Positions 35,881-45,769 of a DNA stretch of 64,000 nt are shown here, piece after piece. The stretch comes from a virus (taxonomy: Duplodnaviria; Caudoviricetes): positions 1 through 64,000 of the IMG/VR virus record IMGVR_UViG_2511231106_000002; one strand, given 5' to 3'. The notes below the pieces were generated by a model. That model worked only from the letters and a program-made list of their open reading frames with translations. It had not been told where the DNA came from and ran no database searches. The position numbers and the translations under genes were made by a program. Each line of letters starts with the position of its first letter. Within the stretch, counting starts at the first letter, position 1.

Positions 35881-36287
35881 ACGGCTTTGTCCGCCTTTTC
35901 CTGGGTCGTATAGCCGTTGAGTTCTGTGATCTGCGCTGTGAGATCAGCAATCTCACCTGCCAGGAAGAGCTTGCGGATGATGTCACCAGGAAGTACGGCC
36001 CCGAATTTTTCCAGCAGATCCTTGTTCTTGAGGTCCGGGTCGGCAATCCCCGCCAGGAGCGTCTGGGTCTGCATCTGATAAATGTCGATGTTATCGGCGC
36101 TGCCGTTGGTGAAGTCCACGGCCATCTTCTGGATATCGGCGTAGCGTTCTGGGTCGATAGCCCGGAGCGTGATGATAAAATCGAATCCGAACAACTTCGA
36201 GAGCCGTTCCATCTTCACTTTCTTTTCAGGCCGTTCGGCCAGCTTGTTCACTACATCTGCTTTCAGCAGTCGGTCTACCATATTCAT
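35871..36287 (-). CDS. Tail assembly chaperone (XkdN-like)
   Basis: PDLKNKDL...LFLAGEI...ELNGY..VKN*. Confidence 0.88.
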   Translation of the reverse strand: MNMVDRLLKADVVNKLAERPEKKVKMERLSKLFGFDFIITLRAIDPERYADIQKMAVDFTNGSADNIDIYQMQTQTLLAGIADPDLKNKDLLEKFGAVLPGDIIRKLFLAGEIADLTAQITELNGYTTQEKADKAVKN

Positions 36288-36300
36288 GTGCTTGTTCTCC

Positions 36301-36729
36301 TTATGCTAAATCCAAGAGGTCCCAGTCCGAGAAAGTGAAGCTGTAGCTTTCCTCGCCCATCTTGTCCACTTCCCAGTCGGCCAGAATGAGGCTGTCAAAG
36401 GTCGCATCCTTGATGACGATGCGTTCGCTGCCTATGGCATCCTTGTCATCTAGGACGGAGACGATGGTCACGACGGTCTGCTTGCCCGCCTTAATGTTGT
36501 CGTTCATCTTCTTGATCATGTAGCTCGAGACTTTATGGAGCTTCAGCTGCCCTTTGCAGTCATAGCCCGTGACCTTGTAGCCCTTGCCGACATGGCGGAG
36601 CATCTTCACTTCTTCCTTGGTCAGGGTGACCTCGGCCTTGAAAGCCGTGGCTTCGGCCATGAGGTCGCCGTCGATATAGAGGTCGGCATACTTTCCGTTC
36701 ATCACCCGTTTGGCTTCCATGCTGTTCAC
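36301..36729 (-). CDS. Tail tube protein (XkdM-like)
   Basis: RVMNG, LDDKDAIGSERI, ESYSFTFSDW. Confidence 0.9.
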   Translation of the reverse strand: MNSMEAKRVMNGKYADLYIDGDLMAEATAFKAEVTLTKEEVKMLRHVGKGYKVTGYDCKGQLKLHKVSSYMIKKMNDNIKAGKQTVVTIVSVLDDKDAIGSERIVIKDATFDSLILADWEVDKMGEESYSFTFSDWDLLDLA

Positions 36730-36743
36730 TGTACTTCACCTCC

Positions 36744-37826
36744 TCAGATATTGACGGCAATCGTGACATCTTCCATGGCATCCAGGAGCGAAGCATCTAC
36801 GGCGATGAAGACATTGCTGCCGATGTTGGCCAGCTTGATGTCCATTTCCGACATGTCCGCCAGTTCCTCTTTCGTATATTTGCCATTGGATGCCAGCCAA
36901 ATCTTCGTGGATTCCACATCGATATAAGCCGTGTTCTGCCCCTGTTCCAGCAGGCCCTCCTGGGCCAGCTGGTCAAGATACCCCTGGATAGCCGTCACCA
37001 GGAGGCATCGGTTGGCATAGCTGTTGGCATACTTGCCAAGGTAATGATCCTGGGCTGTGGTGCGGATATCGTCATACATCATGTCCATTAAATCGACGAG
37101 CTTGATTTTCTGGAACGATACGCCTTTTCCCTGGATTGTCGTGACCAGGGAGTTGATTCCGCGGCCCAGCTTGACCTTTTCCCCGTCAAAGAAAAAGAAC
37201 AGCTTGCCGGCATCCGTCATGGTATCCATTTCTTCCTTCGTCCAGACGTCACAGCCGATGACTTCCGGCAGCGGCGCATACGTACAGGCAATGGTCATCG
37301 GCGTTCCTGCGATGATGCCCGCGATGCGCCCGCAGTACTGGGCCGTCGTGTAGGTCTTCGTTTTCGTACGGATGACTTGATTGACGAAGTTGATGACTCC
37401 TTCCGTATCCGCCGTGCAGTCCGGCAGGACGGCCTTGATGCGCTTATTCTTATTCGTCCGCATCCCCTTGATCCAGGTCGCGATAGTGTCGATGTGGTTT
37501 TCTTCGATGTCCGGGATGACTAGGTAATCGAAGCGCTTGTTCTCGATGGCCTTGAGGACATCGGTATAATCTTCTGCATCCTTGCTGATGATTTCGGCGA
37601 TGACCTTCTTCGGACTGTTCACGTAGCCGCGAAGGGTCAGTTCCAGCTGCTCACGGTTGCTGTCTGAGAGTTCTTTGGGAATGTCATCTGCCGTGTACAG
37701 GTTCACTTCCGTCTGGGACGGCAGTGTCTCTTCTTTCAGAATCAGAAGGACAATACCGCGTTCGCTGCGTTCGACGGCACTGATGCCTTTTTCTTTGAAC
37801 GCGATATTAATGGATGGCATTTTCAT
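36744..37826 (-). CDS. Tail sheath protein
   Basis: MPSINIAFKE, RGINSLVT, KIKLVD, DAMED. Confidence 0.9.
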   Translation of the reverse strand: MKMPSINIAFKEKGISAVERSERGIVLLILKEETLPSQTEVNLYTADDIPKELSDSNREQLELTLRGYVNSPKKVIAEIISKDAEDYTDVLKAIENKRFDYLVIPDIEENHIDTIATWIKGMRTNKNKRIKAVLPDCTADTEGVINFVNQVIRTKTKTYTTAQYCGRIAGIIAGTPMTIACTYAPLPEVIGCDVWTKEEMDTMTDAGKLFFFFDGEKVKLGRGINSLVTTIQGKGVSFQKIKLVDLMDMMYDDIRTTAQDHYLGKYANSYANRCLLVTAIQGYLDQLAQEGLLEQGQNTAYIDVESTKIWLASNGKYTKEELADMSEMDIKLANIGSNVFIAVDASLLDAMEDVTIAVNI

Positions 37827-37829
37827 GGG

Positions 37830-38270
37830 TTACGTCTCCTTTCCCTGATACCGCTGATGCAGTACCTTCATGATTTCTGCCGTTTCTTCTTTTTCCCGGG
37901 CGTCATAGTACTGGAAGGTCAGCGTCAGACGCCCGCCGTCATTGTCCGTCCCCATCAGCTCCTCACTCATAGACACGACAGGGAGATAACGGTTGCCGAC
38001 TTTCAGTCCGTCCCGGAATAAATTTTCCGCAGCAAAAAGCACGGCGTAGATGGCCGTGCTTTTTTCCTGCTTCTTCGGCAGATACGTAATGTAGAGGTCC
38101 GTATCCCGGTAGACCTCGTTTTCTTTCTGCGGCGTCGCTACCGTCATTGTCTTCAGGAAAAAGGCCGGCGGCGCAAAGCCTTCCTTGACTTCCTGCAAAT
38201 AGACGGGGTACGGGAACCGCTCTTTGAGTTTCTGCTGCACCGCCTGCAAGATATCGATATCATGGATCAT
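37830..38270 (-). CDS. Tail terminator/completion protein
   Basis: VKEGF..PAFF motif; position before the sheath gene. Confidence 0.75.
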   Translation of the reverse strand: MIHDIDILQAVQQKLKERFPYPVYLQEVKEGFAPPAFFLKTMTVATPQKENEVYRDTDLYITYLPKKQEKSTAIYAVLFAAENLFRDGLKVGNRYLPVVSMSEELMGTDNDGGRLTLTFQYYDAREKEETAEIMKVLHQRYQGKET

Positions 38271-38686
38271 GTGCCGCCTGCTTTCTTGAGGAGCTTCTTC
38301 GTGAGTCTCTCCAGTCCCGGCTGCAAGTCGCTGGCTTCGAAGACCTTGACGGATTTCTCCGTATAGTGCTGGCCTTCATAATAGCCCACGGTCCTGCCGC
38401 CAGGTGTTTTCTTCGCATGGCCGTTATTTAAGAGGTGATGTACGGGATGCTTGTTGATCAGCTCATAGACCAGCTCGGAACCGTTGTAGCCTTCCACCTT
38501 ATGCTTCCAGCCTTTCTTCAGCTTGCCCGTGCTGCCTTCCGGCGTGTTTTTTACGCACTCCTTCTTGAGCTTGTTGCCAAGCGTCACCAGGCCCTTTTCG
38601 GTAGTGCCGGGAAACTCTTCAATAGCAGAAAGCAGTTTTTCTGAAAGGTCATCCAATCCTTTGACCTCAAAGTCACTTCCGCTCAT
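38267..38686 (-). CDS. HK97 gp10-like tail completion protein
   Basis: TP..TGKLKKGW, HLLNNGH. Confidence 0.85.
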   Translation of the reverse strand: MSGSDFEVKGLDDLSEKLLSAIEEFPGTTEKGLVTLGNKLKKECVKNTPEGSTGKLKKGWKHKVEGYNGSELVYELINKHPVHHLLNNGHAKKTPGGRTVGYYEGQHYTEKSVKVFEASDLQPGLERLTKKLLKKAGGT

Positions 38687-39032
38687 TGTCCGTCCCCCTC
38701 ACTTCTTCCGTACAGTACAGTTCCAGAGCTTCATGGCGCATATACGGGTCAACTATGGTATCGATGTCGTAGAGGTGATCCTGATACTTCACCTTCATAT
38801 CGTGGGTGACACCCGGACGCCAGCGAATGGTGATCTTGCTGTACTCCGTGTCCGCCTTGCGTTCCATCTCATAGAACACTTTGCCCCGGGCAGGCTCGAT
38901 GGATGCCCAGCAGCGGTACACTACGACGTCGGCCTGGGTATCGAAACCATATTCATCCGTCACGGCCTGCTTTCCCAGAATCTCAATCCGTTTATTCAAA
39001 AGCCCCGTCTTCATGGGCATCCCCCTTTTCAA
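38673..39032 (-). CDS. Head closure protein
   Basis: GLLNKRIEI, WASIEP..G, ITIRW. Confidence 0.85.
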   Translation of the reverse strand: MKRGMPMKTGLLNKRIEILGKQAVTDEYGFDTQADVVVYRCWASIEPARGKVFYEMERKADTEYSKITIRWRPGVTHDMKVKYQDHLYDIDTIVDPYMRHEALELYCTEEVRGTDNERK

Positions 39033-39310
39033 AAACAGCTCCGCCGGACCCCGAACAGCAGCCAGCGCAGACGTTTCAAAAGGCCTGCGTAGTCCGCTTC
39101 CTCCCGGTGCTCATATAAAAAAGCCGCAGCGAAGAGAATCGCTTCGTGAAAAACCACGGGATTCTCTTCGGCATCGGCTTCCTCGCAACGGGATATATCC
39201 AGGCAGAGGGCCTGGGCTGTTTCCAGGGAAGACTGGATGACGTCATCATTACTCGTGTCATCTTCATCAATCCGCAGGTATTCCCTGGCTTCTTCCAGCG
39301 TCACAATCAT
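39029..39310 (-). CDS. Head-tail connector (gp6-like)
   Basis: VTLEEAREYLRID, LYEHRE. Confidence 0.88.
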   Translation of the reverse strand: MIVTLEEAREYLRIDEDDTSNDDVIQSSLETAQALCLDISRCEEADAEENPVVFHEAILFAAAFLYEHREEADYAGLLKRLRWLLFGVRRSCF

Positions 39311-39313
39311 GGC

Positions 39314-40504
39314 TTATCCCTTCGCTTTCATCTCCAGGGCCTTGACCGCTTCCTTGAGCATCAGCATGCCATCGACGCGCTGGCTGGCAAGGAAGCCGAT
39401 CTGGCCGTTGGCGGCATACAATTCGTTAAGCCGCTTGAAGGAGCGGTATTCCCTATCGGCAATCCAGTAGTAGCTGAAGTCCCCGAAGAGCATGGGACGG
39501 CTGCCCGCCGCCAGTTCCGGTGCAAAGGAAGTGCAGTAGCAGGGACGGTTCAGGATAGTATCCGGCGTACCTGCGGTGACAGACGGCTGCCAGATGTAGT
39601 TGCCGTTGTTGTCCTTCACCTTGCGCAAGGCCTTAATGGTTGCATCGTTCAGGAGCCATACGGCCTTGCGGCGGTACGGGATACGCAGGGAGTGATACAG
39701 GTCGATGACATCATCAAAGGTGATGGATGCGCCATTGGCTATCACGCCCAGCTCCGCGGACGGGAACACGCCAGTCGGCTTGTTCTTCCCGTCACCGGTG
39801 AGGAAGGCTTCTTCTTCCTTCGTGCCGATACGGCGGGCAAATTCACCGGCAATGTAGCTTTCCAGGTCGAAAGCGCTGTCGTTCAGCAGTTCTTCCGACA
39901 CACGGATAGCCGTCCCCAGCTTGTACGCCCCGATGGACTGCTGGCCGAAGGTATCCTGGCTGTCCGGGTAGAGGCCGTTCTCTTCCATCCAGGACGCTTC
40001 GCCATGACCCGTCACGATGGGAATCTTGCGGTCGCCGCTGGTGTGGATGACCGTGGCCAGGCCGCGGAAGAAATTCTCTTCCTGGAGCTTGTCGATGAGC
40101 TGGTGTTCGAATTCGTCCGGTACCAGATAGCCACCATCAGCATCGGTGCCTGCACTCAGGGCGTTCTGTACATCAATGAAGTTCTTATGGCGGATGCTGT
40201 CCCAGAAAGCCTTACGATAGGCATCGGACGCACGGCCTCTCTTTTCTGCTCCATTCTGGCCTGCGCCAGGGAGTTCAGTAATCGGCATCGTGGTCGGCTG
40301 GGACAGCTGGGCATCGAGCTGCTGCTGGCGTTCCAGGCGGTCGATTTCTTTGCCGAGGTTCACCACATCCGCTTCCATCTTGTCGTAGCGAGCCGCATCT
40401 TCTGCAGAGACCATGCCGTTTTCATCACGGACGGTATCCAGAAAATTCTTGGCGGCATCCCACAGATTCTTGCGTTTCTCACGCAGTGCTAAAATCGTAT
40501 CCAT
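39314..40504 (-). CDS. Major capsid protein (HK97 fold)
   Basis: DGGYLVP, VSEELLNDS, GDGKNKPTG, FGDFSYY, RVDG. Confidence 0.95.
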   Translation of the reverse strand: MDTILALREKRKNLWDAAKNFLDTVRDENGMVSAEDAARYDKMEADVVNLGKEIDRLERQQQLDAQLSQPTTMPITELPGAGQNGAEKRGRASDAYRKAFWDSIRHKNFIDVQNALSAGTDADGGYLVPDEFEHQLIDKLQEENFFRGLATVIHTSGDRKIPIVTGHGEASWMEENGLYPDSQDTFGQQSIGAYKLGTAIRVSEELLNDSAFDLESYIAGEFARRIGTKEEEAFLTGDGKNKPTGVFPSAELGVIANGASITFDDVIDLYHSLRIPYRRKAVWLLNDATIKALRKVKDNNGNYIWQPSVTAGTPDTILNRPCYCTSFAPELAAGSRPMLFGDFSYYWIADREYRSFKRLNELYAANGQIGFLASQRVDGMLMLKEAVKALEMKAKG

Positions 40505-40515
40505 TGTTGTCCTCC

Positions 40516-41223
40516 TTAATGAATGAGCAATGCCAGCCGGTTCTCCAGGGAAGCGGCTGGCACTTTATTGACAGGTTCACGTGGTTTTAATTTCTGTACT
40601 AACGAATTGGTGACAGTAACAGGGGTGTAAATCATGGCTTCCGGCTGCTCCCCATCGTCTTTCTTCTGGTCGAAGAGGATTTCATCGGCAAAGCCAAGTT
40701 CCACGGCCTTCTTCGCGTTGAGCCAGGTCTCGTCATCCATCATGTGCGAAATCTTCGTGCGGGCCAGGCCGCTCTTGATTTCGTAAGCGTTGATGATGCT
40801 CTCCTTGACTTCGCTCAGCATGCCGATGGTCTTTTCCATCTCTGCCTGATCGCCATAGGCCAGGGTCGCCGGATTATGGATCATCAGCATGGCCACTGGC
40901 GACATGCAGACCTTGGTCCCGGCCATAGCGATGACGGACGCAGCCGAAGCGGCCAGGCCGTCAATCTTGACGGTGACGTTCCCCGGATAATCCATGAGCA
41001 TGTTATAGATTTGGGCAGCGGCAAAACAGTCACCGCCCGGACTGTTGATCCAGAGTGTGATATCGCCGCTGCCCGCATTCAGTTCTTCTTTGAATGCCTT
41101 CGGTGTCACTTCATCGCCCCACCAGGTCTCATCCGAAATCTGGCCGTCCAGATACAGCGTCCGTTCACTGCCGAAAGAATCCGGTGCTTCGTTAGTCACC
41201 CACTTCCAAAATTTATGTTTCAT
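40516..41223 (-). CDS. ClpP-type head maturation protease
   Basis: INSPGGD, GLAASAAS, MIHNP, ETWL.A..AVELGFAD. Confidence 0.93.
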   Translation of the reverse strand: MKHKFWKWVTNEAPDSFGSERTLYLDGQISDETWWGDEVTPKAFKEELNAGSGDITLWINSPGGDCFAAAQIYNMLMDYPGNVTVKIDGLAASAASVIAMAGTKVCMSPVAMLMIHNPATLAYGDQAEMEKTIGMLSEVKESIINAYEIKSGLARTKISHMMDDETWLNAKKAVELGFADEILFDQKKDDGEQPEAMIYTPVTVTNSLVQKLKPREPVNKVPAASLENRLALLIH

Positions 41224-42469
41224 TCGTATCTCCCTTCTGGGCAAAAGCCCCGGCATCCTTGAGCTTGGTCATGCTGCCATTGACAAGGTATAGATTACCG
41301 CCCTCTTCATCCGACACGGGATTCATGTCTTCCATCTCCCGGATATCGTTGGCGGACAGCCAGCCGTTCTGCCGGCCGATGCTGTACCCGGTCATGCGGC
41401 TCTCATAGTCGCCGCGCATGAGACCGTTCACGTTGAACTTCAGGAAATACTGTTTCTTCTCTTCCGGCAGGAACAGGGCTTTCTGCATGGCCTGTTCCCA
41501 GCGGATGACCCATGGATCCAGCGTGTACTTCACAAATTCCATGGACTGCTGCTCAATATTATTGAAGGAACTTTTCTCCAGGTCGCCAATCATGTGTGGC
41601 GGGATGCGGTAGAGCCGGGCAATCTCATCGAGCTGGAACTTCCGTGTTTCCAGGAACTGTGCTTCTTCCGGCGGGATGCCGATCTGCTGGTACTTCATGC
41701 CTTCTTCCAGCACAGCCACCTTGTGGGCATTGCCCGTCCCCCGGTAGACGGCATTCCACGAATCCCGGACTTTGGCCGGATCCTTCAGAACGCCTGGATG
41801 TTCCAGCACCCCGCTGGGGCTGGCCCCGTTCGCAAAGAAAGAGGCACCGTATTCCTCGCAGGCCATGGTCATGCCCACGGCATTGCGGGCCATGGCAATC
41901 GGCGAATAACCGACCAGGCCGTCAAACCCAAGGCCGGGGATATGCAGCACTTCTTCCTTCTGCAGGGCCACCTGCCCGTACGGCTTGATGTTCGGATTCT
42001 CGTCTCCCGTCTTGGTATACAGATAAAAAATCTTTCCCCGGTCATCCCGGCAGACGGTCATCTTGTCCGGCCTGAGCGGGTATAGTCCCTGTACCCGCCC
42101 TAATCGGTCGCGGATGATCTGGGCGTAAGCATTGCCCCAGATGAGCAGGTGGCTCATGAGCGTTTCCCGGAAGATAAACGAAGTCATCTCCGGATTCGGC
42201 TCATCATGGAGCAGATGGTACAGCGGATGGTCATAGACCCGCTCCTTGCCGCCAGGCGTGTAACGGTACAGCTGGAGCGGCAAGGCCGCCAGAGTTTCCG
42301 CCAGGATGCGGACGCAGGCATACACTGCCGTCGTCTGCATAGCCGTGAACTCGTTCACCGTCTTGCCACTGGCAGAGGGGCCGAACAGATAACGAAAATC
42401 CGTGCCGATATAATAGTTCTGAGGCTTGTCCCGGGTACGGAACAGGCTGGATAAAAAGGGGATTCTCAT
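41213..42469 (-). CDS. Portal protein (HK97 family)
   Basis: VYACVRIL, PNPEMT, WGNAYA, GYSPI, SFNNIEQQ. Confidence 0.95.
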   Translation of the reverse strand: MRIPFLSSLFRTRDKPQNYYIGTDFRYLFGPSASGKTVNEFTAMQTTAVYACVRILAETLAALPLQLYRYTPGGKERVYDHPLYHLLHDEPNPEMTSFIFRETLMSHLLIWGNAYAQIIRDRLGRVQGLYPLRPDKMTVCRDDRGKIFYLYTKTGDENPNIKPYGQVALQKEEVLHIPGLGFDGLVGYSPIAMARNAVGMTMACEEYGASFFANGASPSGVLEHPGVLKDPAKVRDSWNAVYRGTGNAHKVAVLEEGMKYQQIGIPPEEAQFLETRKFQLDEIARLYRIPPHMIGDLEKSSFNNIEQQSMEFVKYTLDPWVIRWEQAMQKALFLPEEKKQYFLKFNVNGLMRGDYESRMTGYSIGRQNGWLSANDIREMEDMNPVSDEEGGNLYLVNGSMTKLKDAGAFAQKGDTNET

Positions 42470-42523
42470 AAAATACCTCCAAAAACGGGCACAAAAAAGC
42501 ACCTGCCATTTTTGCAAATGTCT

Positions 42524-45136
42524 TTAAAATGCAATAACACCTCGTTCGTCATAGACACTGCCACTGCCAGTCCCGTTGCGGATGCAGCGGTCTAGTGCCA
42601 TGATGGACGCCACGATTCCGTCAATCTTTTCGACGGATTTTTCTTTGTCCGGCTTGATGTTTCCCGCAGGATCTTGGCGCATGACGACGTTGCTGGCCAT
42701 CCATTTGAGAACGGGATTGCCGCCATGGATGATGTTCCCTTCCATCAGGAGCTTGAACAGCTCCTTCGACGGCGGCGACATATCCTTGAACCCCTGGCCG
42801 AAAGGCACCATGGTGAAGCCCATATCTTCCAGGTTCTGCACCATCTGGGTGGCGTTCCAGCGGTCATAGGCGATTTCCCGTATGTGGTACGTTTCCCCCA
42901 GGCGTTCGATAAACTTCTCGATGAAGCCGTAATGGATGACGTTCCCTTCCGTCGTCTGGATGAAGCCCTGCTTCTGCCAGACGTCGTAGAGAACATGGTC
43001 CCGGCGGCACCGCAGTTCCAGCGTGTCTTCCGGCAGCCAGAAGAAAGGCAACAGGATGTATTTCTCATCATCGCTCCGTGGCGGGAAAGCCAGTACCAGG
43101 GCCGTGATATCCGATGTACTGGACAAGTCCAGCCCGCCGTAGCACATCCGTCCCCGCAGGGAATCCAGGTCAATGGGAAGGCTCCCCTTGTCGTAGACCT
43201 GTTCCGGTATCCAGCGGATGCTGGCCGAAGTCCAGATATTGAGCCGGAGCTGCTTAAAGACATTCTCTTCCGCCGGATTTTCGACAGCATTCCGATACGC
43301 TTCCCGGACGCGGTCAATCTGTATGGTATGGCCCAGGGACGGGTTCGCCTTGTACCAGTTCGCTTCGTCCGTCCAGTCTTCCTCATGTTCCAGCCCATAG
43401 ACCACCGGGTAAAAGGTGGCATCCTTCTTCCGACCCGCCATCAGGTCCAGGGCCTTGGTATGCAGTTCGTAACAGATGCTGTTCTTGTCATTGCCCGCTG
43501 TGGTGATGATGAAAAAGAGCGGCTGCTCCCTTGCATCACCAGAGCCTTTGGTCAGGACATCGTAGAGTTTCCGGTTCGGCTGGGCATGGATTTCATCAAA
43601 GACCAGGCCGGATACATTGAGTCCGTGCTTGGTTCCTGTTTCCGCTGACAATACCTGATAGAACCCGGCATTGCGGTAGTTGATGATCCGCTTCCCGGCC
43701 GACCGTATCTTGGAACGGCGCATCAGGGCTGGACTCATCTCGACCATCTGCCGTGCCACATCAAAGACGATGGATGCCTGGTTGCGGTCACAGGCCGCAC
43801 CATACACTTCGGCACTCGGTTCGTTATCGGCGTACAAAAGATAAAGAGCTATAGCCGCCGCCAGCTCGCTGTTATGCGTCTTCACCATCGTCCGCCCCGC
43901 CAGATAGCAATGGCTCGGGCTGTCCACCTGGATGCACTGCATGGGAACCTTATCATCCAGCGGCTTGATTTCTTTCAGATAATGAAAACAGGAACGCGTC
44001 TTTTTTTCGCGTTCCCGTCTGCGGATGCTTTTTCTATGAAGTTTGCTGACCGGCTGATCCGTAAAGGCGGTGAACCGTATCTGATACAAAGTCTCGCCTG
44101 TCGGTTTCCCATATCGGGTCGAAGGGCATGACGTCATGGCGTTCTTGATGCCAAGGCTCCACAACAGTTCCTGCACTGATTCTACTAATTCTTGAATGGT
44201 ACTGACGTATACGCCCTGCCCTTTCCGTGTTCCGATGCAGCCATCGGAATCCATCAGTCCCTGCAGCAAGGCCCATCGCTGCGTTTCGGAAGCCCTGAGG
44301 TATTCCGGCCGGATGACCTTATCCCGGAAGTTTTTCACCAGGATAGATTTCAATGCCTTATACACCAGGATTTCGCTGCCGCCGCAGGTCTGTGGATAGC
44401 GGTTATGCAGCGGGTACGGAATCAGCGGAATCAGGTCTTCCACATCACTGTCACGCACCGTGATTTCCGGTTTTGTTGCAGAACCGTTTCCCAACCAGTA
44501 GCCATATAAATAAGGATCTAACGGAAGGTTCCTTTCCGGAAGGTGTAATAGCTGGTTGACGGGAATCCGGATAAGCGAGCGGTTATCTTTGGATTTTTCC
44601 CTGTACTGTTTCGTGCGGCGGTAAATCTCGCCGGTTGTCCATTGCTTTTCCCGCGTCTTTCCATGAGTATATTCCACATCCCACAGATGACGTTCACCGG
44701 CCACAATCCGTCCTCCATCCCGGAAAACCAGTTCATAGGCTTGTTCGGTATCATCTACCGGGCTTTTGGCGACAACATGGCAGGGCTTTCCCTGCTCGTC
44801 AAAGACTCTGTCGCCGACTTTTAAATCGGCCATGGTTTTCCATCCTTCCGGCGTGGGAATGGGTGTATCCAGTGCGAGCTGTTTCCCGTTCTTCTTTGGA
44901 ATCTCTATATAAGCCGTCAGGAACTGCCGTTTCCCGTTTTCCTTGACGATGCCGAAGAGATCACGCACAATCTGTTCCTGCCACGGCAGGAGCAGGAACG
45001 GCTGCCCGGCCCATTTGCCTTTGGTATGACAGAGATGCTCGATGAAGGCAACCGCCCTGTCGGCCTTGTCCTTGTCGTAATGGGAATCTGGCAGCATGAA
45101 CGCTGACGGCTTATATACAAATGCCAAACTTGTCAC
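42524..45136 (-). CDS. Terminase large subunit containing an intein
   Basis: Walker A IPKKNGK|S split by the intein; FDEIH, GLDLSS, KIDG. Confidence 0.95.
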   Translation of the reverse strand: MTSLAFVYKPSAFMLPDSHYDKDKADRAVAFIEHLCHTKGKWAGQPFLLLPWQEQIVRDLFGIVKENGKRQFLTAYIEIPKKNGKQLALDTPIPTPEGWKTMADLKVGDRVFDEQGKPCHVVAKSPVDDTEQAYELVFRDGGRIVAGERHLWDVEYTHGKTREKQWTTGEIYRRTKQYREKSKDNRSLIRIPVNQLLHLPERNLPLDPYLYGYWLGNGSATKPEITVRDSDVEDLIPLIPYPLHNRYPQTCGGSEILVYKALKSILVKNFRDKVIRPEYLRASETQRWALLQGLMDSDGCIGTRKGQGVYVSTIQELVESVQELLWSLGIKNAMTSCPSTRYGKPTGETLYQIRFTAFTDQPVSKLHRKSIRRREREKKTRSCFHYLKEIKPLDDKVPMQCIQVDSPSHCYLAGRTMVKTHNSELAAAIALYLLYADNEPSAEVYGAACDRNQASIVFDVARQMVEMSPALMRRSKIRSAGKRIINYRNAGFYQVLSAETGTKHGLNVSGLVFDEIHAQPNRKLYDVLTKGSGDAREQPLFFIITTAGNDKNSICYELHTKALDLMAGRKKDATFYPVVYGLEHEEDWTDEANWYKANPSLGHTIQIDRVREAYRNAVENPAEENVFKQLRLNIWTSASIRWIPEQVYDKGSLPIDLDSLRGRMCYGGLDLSSTSDITALVLAFPPRSDDEKYILLPFFWLPEDTLELRCRRDHVLYDVWQKQGFIQTTEGNVIHYGFIEKFIERLGETYHIREIAYDRWNATQMVQNLEDMGFTMVPFGQGFKDMSPPSKELFKLLMEGNIIHGGNPVLKWMASNVVMRQDPAGNIKPDKEKSVEKIDGIVASIMALDRCIRNGTGSGSVYDERGVIAF
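43871..44881 (-). mobile_element. 337-aa intein with LAGLIDADG domain, class 3 signature (Gln1; W-C-T triplet)
   Basis: QLALDTPIPT...HLW...MQCIQV...KTHN|S; YWLGNG and GLMDSDG motifs. Confidence 0.88.
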
Positions 45137-45603
45137 CCCCTTAACAGCAGTTCCATTTCATCCGTTTCTTTTTCTGCCCCGTTCTCTTCCCCAATCATGC
45201 GGCTCCGGGCTGACGGGGTCAGGCCAAACTGCTCACAGAATTTCAGCATGATCTTGAGGTTCGTCTGGGCAATGGATACCTGCGGTACCTGCTGCAGGTA
45301 TCCGTTCGGCGTCCGCACCATATCCCCATGCTGGGTGATGAACTCTTCCGCTCCTTTCCATCGGGCATATGCCTGGCAGTACCCGGCAAAGGCCATCATA
45401 TCCAGATTGGTCAGCATCCCCATCTCAGCGAGGACTTTCCCCAGCCGCTTCCATTCTTTCTTGGCATCGTATTCCAGCCAGTCCGGGCAGCGAGGGAGCC
45501 GTCCCTTTGGCATGGGTTCCTTCTTATTGAGGGGACGATGGCCGGGATTGCCTTCCAGCACCTTGAGCGCCGTCGGCTTCGGTTTTCTTCCTCGTACAGC
45601 CAA
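45133..45603 (-). CDS. Terminase small subunit (P27 family)
   Basis: RGRKPKPTALKVLEGNPG, FGLTPSARSR. Confidence 0.93.
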   Translation of the reverse strand: MAVRGRKPKPTALKVLEGNPGHRPLNKKEPMPKGRLPRCPDWLEYDAKKEWKRLGKVLAEMGMLTNLDMMAFAGYCQAYARWKGAEEFITQHGDMVRTPNGYLQQVPQVSIAQTNLKIMLKFCEQFGLTPSARSRMIGEENGAEKETDEMELLLRG

Positions 45604-45769
45604 TGGCGCTCACCTCCCAATAAAAAAGCCCTTGCGGGCTGTACGACAGAGGGGACCGCATCTGCGTTCCCCTCTGGTTCTCTTTTTTAATTCTTCATGA
45701 CCCATTCGATGGCGTGGCCATTGTCTTCGAACAGTTCGACGCTGACTGCCTATCCGATATTTATGCATC

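Noticed and set aside
45687-45750. Short frame ...VELFEDNGHAIEWVMKN* between GGCT and terS
   Set aside because: Possibly a gene remnant, but it has an upstream in-frame stop and no start; too short to support
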